Shown: positions 12,564 through 24,100 of the stretch, in pieces
Layout of the letters: every line of letters starts with the position of its first letter
Numbering within the stretch: position 1 is the first letter of the stretch
DNA from: Sphyrna mokarran
Taxonomy: Eukaryota
Assembly (NCBI GenBank): GCA_024679065.1
Contig: JAGIQG010000010.1
Span: 81,840,001-81,904,000 of the forward strand
DNA length: 64,000 nt
Direction of reading: 5' to 3'
Notes under the pieces: model-generated
The model's database searches: none
Told to the model about the DNA's origin: nothing
The model's input: the letters and a program-made list of their open reading frames with translations, nothing else
Made by a program: the position numbers and the translations under genes

Positions 12564-13944
12564 CAGCAATTTTCTACTCCGGGAATGCTGTTAAATGATT
12601 CATTAATAAGATCTGTAAACTAAATTTTAAATTAAACATAAAAGCTGTTTTTTTTTAGGATGCTTTAGCTTTCATCCTCATCTAATGCATATCTTTAATT
12701 TGGTCCGCGTAAAAGTGATTTTGTTTGAATGCTTTCAGCTTCCTGTCGGTGTCTGGAAACTTTTTAATATGGCTAGCTGCTTGGACAGCCTGATATCATC
12801 ACTACTGGGAAGCCCAAAAAAGGATTTACTGATGTAAACTGATTTTCCAGGTTTTACTTCACTATATTTTATATATATATATAATCAATGTTTCTATCCT
12901 TGTAAAGCAGGAAGGCTGAAAAGTAAATCCTGTTGGGTTGCTGGTGTAATTCAGGGGAGGAAGGGATTCCTTGTTCAAAAGCACAGTGTGTGATTGAAGG
13001 ACTTGGCATCAGGAAGGGGAGGCCTGCTGTAAATCACCTTCCTGACATTGCTGTAAATTCCCTCCCACCATCACTCGCCTGTGGCTGAGTAAATTATCCT
13101 GTGACCAAGGTGTACGTGGTACTGGCAGCAACAGTGAAAAAATCTGAGCAAAATTTACTCCAAAGCCAGCTCTCAGCACTGAATCTCCTTGTTTCAACAC
13201 TTGATTGCAAACTTCAGGTCAATATTGTGTTGTTCCAGGATTCACTACTTTACAAGGTTAGATACATGGGTGCCATGAGAGACCGTAGACTGCCTCAACA
13301 CTGCTACTGGTTCCTATTGCTCAACATAATAAATCAGACTGGTACATTAAAGTCCCGCGCTGTTCACGATAAGCAGGTTGCAGGTAGACAGCGTCGGGAT
13401 CAATTGTGCTGGCAATGTGAACCAACATCTAGACCTGTTCAGGCAAAGTTAATGGTGAAGTAAAACCTAGAAAATCATTTCATAGTGGTCAATTAAGACA
13501 TTAGTGGTATCTGCAGCATGTGATGTTGCTAAGTTTGTATGTTCAAAATGACTGCCTTTGATTATACATTTTATTAGGTAGAATGTGTGCACGCATATAT
13601 ATTTTTCTAGGCAGACAGAATTCAAAAGTAACAACCAAAAACAAATGTATTTGCACCAGTTTTGTAGATTATCATTAACATACAGAATACCCGCAACTGC
13701 ATCTGTTTCTTTCAGTGAACTGCTAATATATTTTTCTCTCCTCCCTCTCAAGCTCCAGACCATAGGTCTCCAGAGTATCCAATGGAGTCAGGTGCTGACT
13801 TTTGTAACTAATTCTTCTCATGCATCAACACTGAATCCCAGCTACTCCTGCTTCTTTCCAGGTTATGACCTCCATTCCCAATTCCTCCCAGCCAAATTCC
13901 CTCCCTCCTCTTCCTCCACCACTAGTTGGTTAGTCCATCCTGAT

Positions 13945-15550
13945 CTTTATCCGTTTACGGGATGTGGGCATCATTAGCTAGGCCAGCATTTATTGCCTAT
14001 CCTAGTTGCTCTCCACTACGTAGTGATGAGCTACCTTCTTGAATCGCTGCAATTCCTGAGGTGTAGTACGTGCTGCTAGAGAGGCAACTCCAGAATTTTA
14101 ACACAGTGACAATGAAGGAAAGGCAATAATCTCTAAGTCAGGATGGTGAGTGATTTGGTGGGGAACTTACAGCTGATGGCATTCCAAGTATCAGCTGCCT
14201 TTATATTTCTAGATGAAGTGTGAATCTTGGTGAGTTCCTGCTGAGCATCTTTGATTTGATTTGATTTATTATCACATGTACTAACATACAGTGAAAAGTA
14301 TGTTATAGACATACTATAACATACAGACAAAACATACCATTCATAGAGAAAGAAACAAGAGAGTACAGAATGTATTGTTACAGTCATAGCTAGGGTGTAG
14401 AGAAAGATTAACTTCATGCAAGGCAAGTCCATTCAAAAGTTTGACAGTAGCAGGGAAGAAGCTGTTCTTGAGTCAGGTTGGTACATGACTTCAGATTTTT
14501 GAATCTTTTTCCCAAAAGAGGAAGGTGGAAGAGAGAATGTCCGCCATGCATGGAGACCCTAATTATGCTGGCTGTTTTGTCAATGTAGCAGGAGGTGTAG
14601 ACAGAGTCAATGAATGGGAGGCTGGTTTGCATTACGGATTGGGCTACATTCATGACCTTTTGCAGTTCCTTGTGGTCTTGGGCAGAGCAGGAGCCATACC
14701 AAGCTGTGACACGATCAGAAAGAATGCTTTCTATGGTGATCTGTAAAGGTTGGTGAGAGTCTTGTAAATGATACACATGGTTGCCTTGTTCATCGGTGAT
14801 TGAGGGATTAAATGTCCATGAAGAGGGTAGTAATCATGTGGACTATTCTGTGCTGGAAGGTGTCAAGTTTCATGAGTGTCGTTGGAACAGCATTCATCCA
14901 GGCAAGTGGAGGGTATTCCATCACGCTCATGACTTGAGCCTAGTAAAAAGCGTATAGAGATCAAGAGCTGAGTTACTTGCCACAGGATTGTGCTCTTGTA
15001 GTTACAGTATTTATATGGCTACTCCAGTTCAGTTTCTGGTCAATGGTAGCCCTCCAGGATGTTGATGGTGAGGGATTCAATGACGGTAATGCCATTGAAT
15101 GTCAAGATGCGTTGGTTAGATCCTCTCTTGTTTGAGACAGTCATTGCATGGCACTTATGTGGCACTAATGTTACTTGCCAGCCCAAGCCTAGATATTGTC
15201 CAGATTTTGTTGCATTTGGATATAAACATTTTCAGTATGTGAAGCATCACAAATGGTGCTGATCATTGTACAATCATCAGCTAACATCCTCACTTCAGAC
15301 CTTATGATGTAAGGAAGATCATTGATGAAGCAGCTGAAGATGGTTGGACCTAGGACACTACCCTGAAAAGCAACTGCAATGATGTCCTGGACCTGAAATG
15401 ATTGACCTCCAACCACCTTTGTATCAGGCATGACTCCAACCAGCAGAGAATTTCCCTCTAATTCCCATTGACTCAAATTTTGTTCAGAAACCTTGATGCC
15501 ATGCTTGGTCAAATGCTACCCTGACATCAAGAGTAGTTACTCTGATCTTA
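13945..15550 (-). mobile_element. CR1-clade LINE 3' portion, interrupted by a Rex1-like element
   Basis: ORF 15189-15512 QGSVLGPTIFSCFINDLP...MLADDCTM is an RT motif; the 3' UTR lies at ~13945-14250. Confidence 0.8.
14251..14770 (-). mobile_element. Rex1/Babar-like LINE 3' fragment with (AAATC)n tail
   Basis: TIESILSDRVTAWYGSCSAQDHKELQKVMNVAQSVMQTSLP...HSLFHLPL motif. Related copies at ~17745-18130(-) and ~29905-30725(-). Confidence 0.75.
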
Positions 15551-16569
15551 GTACTACCTTCTTGTAATTTTTTCAAAAAAAGTTAGTATTTAATTTGACA
15601 GTGTTAGACAGAATCCTTATTTTCCCACATTGATAGCTAAGTTAGGATAATATTGGCTTTATGGGGCAAAATCTTACCACAATGTGAATTGTTTTCATAT
15701 CAAATGTCAATCACTTAGCTGTACAATTTTCAGGGACTATTGCAAAGAGTATTGTAGTCTGAACTTCCCAATTGTTCCCTTGCTATATAATTATAGCCAA
15801 TTTAAAAAGATGAATAATAACATAAAAAAGGTAGCAAAAGACTTCTGGTCCATTAAGTCTTTTCCAGACAGTTAAAAGGCAGTAGGCATCATAACTCCTC
15901 GTGAACTTTCCCATTTGTCATCTGTGAGGGATATAAATCTATTTTGGACTGGAGCACCCAACAGGCAGTACAGTATTCCATCCCAGTTATCCATTTCTAC
16001 TGAAGGCAACGAAGCTGAACATCATTCTGGGAGCATATTGGACGGACAATTTAACATCATACAGCTGTTTCATGCAAACCTTCACTTGGGACTTGTAAAA
16101 GAAGACTGGAGACAAGCCTAAGCTACTTTGTAGAGAAATTAAAAATCTGGAAAACTTCACTGCGAGCCTCAAAAGCAAACAGAAAGAGTTCCAGAGCATC
16201 CTAAGTAACCATGGTCAGCTTCCCAACTTTCTTTTGTAAGCAATGATTTAAACCACAACAAGGAACAAGTCCTGCTCCCTTCTTTACAAATAGCAAACTG
16301 TATTCACTTTACAAATGTCCAAGTGTCAACAACACTCTGCATTAAGACAACACCTGCAGTGCAAAAGGAGGCCATTCAACCCACTGAGTCTGCACTAACA
16401 ACAATCCCACCTGGGCCATATCATTGATACCCCCCGTAATCCCCGACATTAAGGGCAATCCCACCCAGACTTGTTCCCCATAACCCAGTATTTACTGTAT
16501 TAATCCCCCAAACTTACAGATCTTGGGATACTAAAGGGCAATTTAGCATGGTCAATCCATGTAGTATAT

Positions 16570-17235
16570 GTGTACTATGCTTGTACACAGCTGCTCTTTT
16601 TCTACACCCTGTTCTGCAGTGAGACATAGACCATACATCAGCAACACATAAGCATGTTGGAAAAATTCAATCAACAATGCCTCTGCTGCATCCTCCAGTC
16701 TAAATGGGAGTATCACTGGACAAATGCTAATCATACAATACAATATTGAAGAAGCCCTTTGACCCATGAAGTCTACATTGGCAAAACTACACTAGTGTCC
16801 TTCTTGAAGTCAGCTCCTCTACAAGCATTCAGGCAAATCTCCTGAAGAATCAACACTGATATAGGCATTGTGTCCCAGATGGCAAAAAAGCCTTTCCCCT
16901 GCCACATCCTGTTTTTTGAACTCGCAAATGGCCAATGTGCTGGGGAGGACAAAGAAATGCTCCAAAGGCATTTTGAAGCTCTCCATGAAGATTGGCAACC
17001 TTGACGTTAATGACTGGGAAGAGTTTGCTGCCAATCATTCAAAATGGCAACTATTTGTCCATCAACTTGCATTATGCTTTGAGTCACAACATCTTAATGA
17101 TAAGACAGACCGGCAACAGAGAAACAAATCTTGCACTCCAGATCCCAGTACATCCTGCTCCATTTGTCCAATGTGTTATAGGTCAAGAATTGGCCTGTTT
17201 GATAAGTGGCAGAAACTTGCAACCCAAAGTTGTTG
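16570..17235 (+). mobile_element. RTE-clade LINE 3' relic
   Basis: LEKFNQQCLCCIL, LKLSMKIGNLDVNDWEEFAANHSKW and the C-terminal CSICPMCYRSRIGLF resemble RTE ORF ends. Confidence 0.7.
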
Positions 17236-19894
17236 ATCTGAGGGACAATGACTAATGACTAACGTTGTGCCCTTATTTAAAAGAGCACAAGTGAAAAAAA
17301 ACATAGGTAACCACAGCCCTTTTATTCCAGTTATGTAAAACAATGCAGTCATCAGGTGAAAACGTTAGGGTAATGCGTCAACAACACATAATATAGAGGA
17401 AGTATATCACACGTAAATAATTACCTATTTTTCTAAAATCCCCATAGCTCTGACAAGGAATATGGAAATAAATGGAAATTCACCTCTAATATGCTCAACA
17501 AAGAATAAACAAAAAGTTTTATCTTTCTGAACAGAATGCTATATTTCCATGCACTAACAAAATCTGATAGCTTAAAACCTTATGTCAAGAGACACAGGGT
17601 TCAACTTATTAATGATTTTAGCTTCATTTATCCACCTGATGAGCAGTTTTGGCATTTGCTACATAATAGGGTAATTGAAAAGGTGAAAGCCAGGATAGGT
17701 AATGTTGTTCTATCCTACTGGCTTTATGTGGCACGAAGAATATTTTGATTCAATTCATTATTGTTATGTGCAGTGAAAAGTATTGTTTCTTGAGTGCTAT
17801 ACAGACAAGACATACTGTTCATAGAGTACATTGGAAGGAGGAAAGGAAATGGTGCAGAATCTAGTGTTACAGTTATTGCAAAGGTGCAGAGAAAGATTGA
17901 TTTAATATAAAATAGGTCCATTCAAAAATCTGACGACAGCAGGAAAGAGTTGGTTGGTATGTATCCTCAGATTTTTGTATCTGTTTTCCAATGGAAGATG
18001 TTAGAAGAGAGCATGTGCAGGATACGTGGGGTCCTTGATCATACTGGCTGCTTTTCCGAAGCTGCAGGAAGTGTAGACAGAGTCAATGGATGGGAGGCTG
18101 GTTTGCGTAATGGCCTGGGCTACGTTCATGAATATAGGTGTGCTGAACCCTGTCAGAATTTGTGACGTGCTGCTTGCGGCTTTGAAACTCTGAAAGGACT
18201 GTCTCAAATTTCTGAAGAGCAAATGGTAATGATGATTTCCATCCCCTTCAATTTCAGGACTAAATAATATTTCTACTTCCCCAAAATTCAAATTAGCAAT
18301 TAAAAACATTTATAATGTTTGATGTGTAGCAATTGCAATTTACAGATTAATTAGCATTTGGCAAGGAACCATTAGTTCAATTATCACCTGTAATAAGGAT
18401 TCTGCAACTTTGTTGAGTTGTACAGTCAAAACAATTAAACTGCAATCACAAAGATAACTTGTCTGATTGAACAAGACAAATAATTGCATTTACCATCCAG
18501 ATTGAAGCCCATTTTAAAAAATTCATGCATAGCTTGTCTAGCTAAATTTGGGAAAATAATGCTGCACTGGAGCGGCATGGTGGCACAGTGGTTAACACTG
18601 CTGCCTCACAGTGCCAAGGATCTGGGTTCAATTCCAGCTTTGGGTCACCATCCGTGCAGAGTCTGCACATTCTCCATGTCTCTGTGTGCGTTTCTTCTGG
18701 GTGCTCCAGTTTCCACCCAGAGGTCCAAAAGATGTGCTGGTTATCAGTATTGGCTGTGCTAAATTCTCCCTCCATGTACCCGAATAGGCACCAGAGTGTG
18801 GTGACTAGGAGACTTTCACAGTAACTTCATTGCAGTGCTAATGTAAGATTACTTAGGACAATAATAAACTTTTCGTTAATGAATTTTCCCATTTGATGAA
18901 TCAAAAATCTCTACTTTCAACATAGCTCAATTCAAATTAGTTTATATGATGGTTGTATTTAACATCCCTCAAAAAATGCCTTCAGAATTCCTACAAAACC
19001 ATCTTTAGCCTGGAACAGTAAGTGAAAAACAGGACATTTATAATAATTATAAAACTAAGCAATAAAGTGGAAATAACAATGCCCTAGGCATAATTCAACA
19101 CCTTCCAGGCAGAGGATGGATTGAAATAGAAAATATTTTTATTTAAAAATCAATTTATGTAAGGGAATATGTTATAAACCTGCTTCACATAAGTGTGTAG
19201 CTGGAATCTTAATTTTTATTAATTGCTATGGGTTTATGGAGCATAAGGTACACTGATGTTTCCTTCAATCCATATAACACTTGAATATTACCATAGAATC
19301 GTAATAGTGCAGAAGGAGGCCATTTGGCCCATCGAATCCGCACTGACTCTCCAAAAAGCATCTCGCCCATGCCCACTCCACACCCTATTCCCATTACCTT
19401 GTGCACGATGGCTAATCCACCTAACTGACACATCTTTTGGGCACTAAGGGGCAATTTAACATGGCCAATCTACTTAACTTGCACATCTTTGAAATGTGGA
19501 AGGAAACGAAAGCACTGTGAGGAAACCTATGCAGGCACAGGGAGAACATACAAACTCCATGCAGATAGTTACCCAAGAGTGGAATTAAACCCAGGTTGCT
19601 GACACAGTGAGACAGCAGTCTGGTAAATATGGTTGGGACTTCATAGAATTGCACAAAAAAAAGTACTGCCTACAATAATTATTTTACTGTACATTCTCCA
19701 GGAAATCTCATGTTATTTTTAATTTCTTTGTGAGCTATGACCACAAGATAAAGTGGTTTTTCCTTAGATTTATAGGAAAGCATAGGTTGAGGTACCAGGA
19801 TACTCAGAAATCGTTGCCATCCATAAGTAGTGCTAAAAACCTGAACACCAGAGAGCACTTGCAAATTAAGGATGACAAAAATAACATTTAAATG

Positions 19895-20615
19895 AAAAAT
19901 ACTTGCACTTACATGGTGTTATCATAGCCACTGGACATGTCAAGTACTTTATTGGTCATAAAGTGCTTTTTGATGTGTATATATTGTTGGAATGCAGCAA
20001 TCAATTTACACACAGCTAACTCCTATAAACATCAATGTGATAAAGTTCAGATAATCTCTGTGTGTTATAAAAACATAATACGTGGGGATGTAGCCTGAGT
20101 AGGATTATTTTTGGTATAGTATTGATGGGCCAAATGGTCTCCAACTGCACTATCAGGATTCTATGATTCTATAAATTGATGGAAATGCACAGGAGGTCAG
20201 GCAGTATCTAAGGAGAAAGAAATAGTTAATGTTTCAGTGAGATGACATTTCATTAAAAGTTTTCTCTCTCCACAGATAATGACTTACCAAATATTTCCAA
20301 TTTTTTTTGTGCTTTAAATCTAGATTTCCAGAATTTCACTCTTGTATTACTGTTTCTTTTAGTGCTGTCAATTAAGATATAGGTATTGGTCAGGACACCA
20401 AATAGAAATTACCCTGTTTTTTTTTGAAATAGTTCCATGGGAATTTTTGTGCCTATGAGAGGGCATAAAGCCTAAGCTTAATGCCACACCTCAAAGACAA
20501 CACTCGGACAGTGCAGCACTCCCTCAGTACTGCACAGTGTATCTTACTTTTTGTATACACCTTCTGCAATAAGACTTGAACCCATATCCTTCTGACTAAG
20601 TGCTAACAACTCAGC
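19895..20615 (-). mobile_element. Ancient Deu-domain SINE (SacSINE/AmnSINE-like) with nested insertions
   Basis: gaaatagttccatgggaattttt...aaagacaacactcggacagtgcagcactccctcagtactgcac resembles the Deu-SINE core; another relic lies at ~21480-21620. Confidence 0.6.
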
Positions 20616-20679
20616 TTCAACAATAAAAGAGAAAACCTCAAGAAAAAAAATCTAACTACAGGTTGTAGCTACAAATTTT

Positions 20680-21180
20680 GTCGAGCTAAAATTAATTTTC
20701 AAACAATGTGACTGGTTAACTTGATATATCCACCTACAAATAAAAATCAAGACTGTTTGGGGGGAAAAAAAGCAATCAACTTGGCTAGAGCGCTTTCACG
20801 TGGAAAACATAACCTTCTTGCCTGTTTTTTACTGATGTTAGACGGCTTCACGGATTTCCGCGGGGGGTGAACATCATTTCACTTGGTTTGCACTCAAAAA
20901 ACGAGAAAATAAAGCCGAGATATTCAGAACCACGAACACAAAAACGTCGCTCAAATACATTAGCAGAGTTACCTTACTGACTTCTCACATCCCACTGCTT
21001 TACCCCCCCACCCCCGATAGACTTCATTTAATCGCACTGAACAAGCAGCAGCTGGAGATTGCTAAGGAGGTTGGGTAGAGGTTCCCTTCCGTGCTTAAAA
21101 ATTTCGCACAGTGCGAAATAATTGATTTTCAGCATTTCAGTGGTGCGTGAATGGAAAAGAAAACTGAAAAGCTTCCGAAG
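20680..21180 (-). promoter_or_regulatory. CpG-enriched candidate promoter/first exon of the SOHLH2-like gene
   Basis: About 19 CpGs counted by eye in about 500 bp of non-repeat sequence, against a CpG-depleted background. E-box CACGTG at 20797-20802, palindrome ATTTCGCAC-A-GTGCGAAAT at 21101-21119, and a minus-strand donor AAG|gtaact near 20970. Confidence 0.5.
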
Positions 21181-24100
21181 GAGGGAGAGGGAACTAATTA
21201 TTATAAATCAGAGTGACACACTCAACTAGGTACTATAGTTCTTCAAACCCTTTCAGAAATCAACAGGAGGTAGATCACAGGAAGAACATGAGTTAGTGGT
21301 GTGAAATTAGTATTAAAATGGTAAAATACAATGATTGTTACAGAAATATAGATCCAGAAATCGTCAAAAATAGATTTGAATACTAGATACAATGCTTTTT
21401 GGATATTAGGGTTAGCATTTCCAATATATCTTGTGTAGTAATATTTGCTTTTAGAAGCAGCTTACTTAAGATTAAAAAATCACATTCCTGCCTTTGAGTT
21501 ACCTGGTTGTGGGTTCATCTCCCATTCTAGTGAGGAGAGTACAAAAGCTCAGATGATACTGAGGAGGTGCTGTACTGTCTTTCAGGTGAGCAATGTGGAT
21601 GTAAAAGATTCCACGCACTTTTAATTAAGATCAAACCTGAGATATGTTGATTTTTTTTTGTTAGTTACAAATAGGCTTATATTAACACTGCAGTGAAGTT
21701 ACTAGTTGCCACATTCCAGCATCTATTCAAGTACACCAAGGGAGAATTTAGCATAGCTAATACACCTAACCAGCACGTCTTTCGGATTGTGGGAGAAAAC
21801 CAGAGCACCTGAAAGAAACCCATACAGACCCACAAGAAGAATATGCACACTCCACAAAGGTAATCACCCAAGCTGGGAATTGAACCCACGTTCCTGGTGT
21901 TGTGAGGCAGCCACTCTTATCATTAACCACAGCCACCGTGCTGCTGATGCCTTTTCTTGTTAGTTTGGATCCTGTAAGTTTCTCTTACGGGAGCCATGAG
22001 TTGAATCATAGAATTCCTACAGTGCAGAATAGGCAATTTGGCCAATCGAGTCTGCTCTGACACACTGGCTGGAATTTTGCTGTCCCACTAATCATGGAAA
22101 TTGAAGCGGGTGAGAGGCAGACCATGGAATGTTCTGTTGACCCTTGGTGGGATTTTCTGGTTTAGAGGTGAGTGAGGCTGAAAATCCCACTCAGTATCTT
22201 ACCCAACCCTATCCCTGTCAGCCCACAGCTAATCCACCTAAACTATGTATTGTGGGACACTAGAGAACAATTTACCACGGCCAATCCATCTGACCTGCTC
22301 ATCTTTGGACTGTGGGAGGAAACTGAAGCACCCGGAGGAAACGCAGAGACAGGAAGAATATGCAAACTTCGCACAGACAGTCACCCAAGACTAGAACTGA
22401 ACCTGGGCCCTGGAGCTGTGAAACAGCAATACTAACCACTGTGCTGGTAGATTCAATTTGAATTGGTCTTCAGAGCAAGCAAGAAGATGGATTAAGGGTT
22501 GACACGTCAGCTTTGAAACTTTCAGAAAGGAATAACATGTTTTTGGGATGGCAAGGTGCATAATGGTTAGCATTATTGCCTCACAGTGCCAGGAACATGG
22601 GTTCAGTTCCAGCATTGGGCACACTGTGTGGAGTTTGCACATTCTCCCTGTCTCTGTGTGGGTTTTTTCCAGGTATATGGTTTCCTCTCACGGTTTGAAA
22701 AATGTGCAGGTTTGGTGAATTGGTCATGATAAATTACCCCTTAATGTCCCAAGATATATAGATTAGGTGGATTAGTGGAGTAAATACTTGGTGTTACGGA
22801 AATCTGGGTGGGATTTCCCCTTTGTGTCAAGGGGATTACATGGGATTGTTGTCACTGCAGGCTAAATGGCCTCCTTCTGCATTGTATGTTTTAAAATCTT
22901 TTCCTAAAAGGAATATTGGATTTACTCCTCAGCCAATTTACCTCTCGGTTAACATGACAAAAGCAGATTGTCTGCTAATGTTTGTGAGAGTTTGCTATAT
23001 GCCAATTGGCTGCTGCCTCTTTGACAACAACAGAATCCACTTCAAAAAGTACTTCATTAGCTGAGGTGCATTTTGGGATGCCCTGAGATTGTGAAGACCA
23101 TTAAGTGTTTCTTTTGTGATCTTTGTTAAGTGGCTAAGAAATGAATGTGTATTGCTTTAAAATGGCTTTCACTATCTTCAAAACTAATTTACGGGGAGAG
23201 TAATTTAAGCATAATGAACTAGATCTAATGACAGATGTTGAAATGCCAATAAATTAGAATGAAGGGTGGAATTTCCTGTAGGGGTGTAATCAGGGGTTGC
23301 ATTTAAAAATGAAACAAATATATGCCTAATTTTACCCAGAGAATTGAGCGTTATATTGCAGATGGTGCAAATCTCAAATAAAAACCAAAATTTGTTGGAA
23401 ATATCAGCAGGTTTTTGGAAAGAAAGAGTTATGTGTCAGAACTGAAGGAAGATACAAAACGGAAGAGTTTTTCAGCTTGTAGATTGGGAAGGGTGGCAGT
23501 GAGAACAAAAAGAAAGTCTGATAGGGCGGAGAGCAGGAGAGAGTTATTAACAAAATATTTCACAATGCAAAGACCAAGGAGTGTGGTAATTAATGGGTTT
23601 AATAGAGGGACAAAGGCTATGTCCACATGAGGTATGAGTGGCTCTATAGCAGCCTATCTGAATGTGACATAAAGGGATAGAGAAAGAGAAACCAAAAGAA
23701 CAAGATGGAAGCAGAGGTTATGACCTAAAGTTATGACACTTAATAATTCCAGAAGGCTATAGAGAGTTGAGCCGATACTGTCTGCATCTTTGCCAGTAGC
23801 ACTTTGTGCAGATCTCTTTTGGATTGCTGCCAAGAATGAAGAACAGCTGCAGCAGCTTCTGTGTTTTAACTATAAACGTGGTGATTTATCTCAAGTACCC
23901 ACAAGTCTTGTGTTCCTGGAGGACTAATGGCCTGTTGACAGTACTTGTCCTGCTTGCAAAATTCTCCCAGTATAATGTTTTGGAACTCTGCCCTTTGCTT
24001 ACAAGAAGTCAATTACAAACTTAACCATCACAGTTCAGTAGGATCAAATTTCTCACAGAATTTCATAAATGAAATATGCATCCAAGGATTGCATATTACA

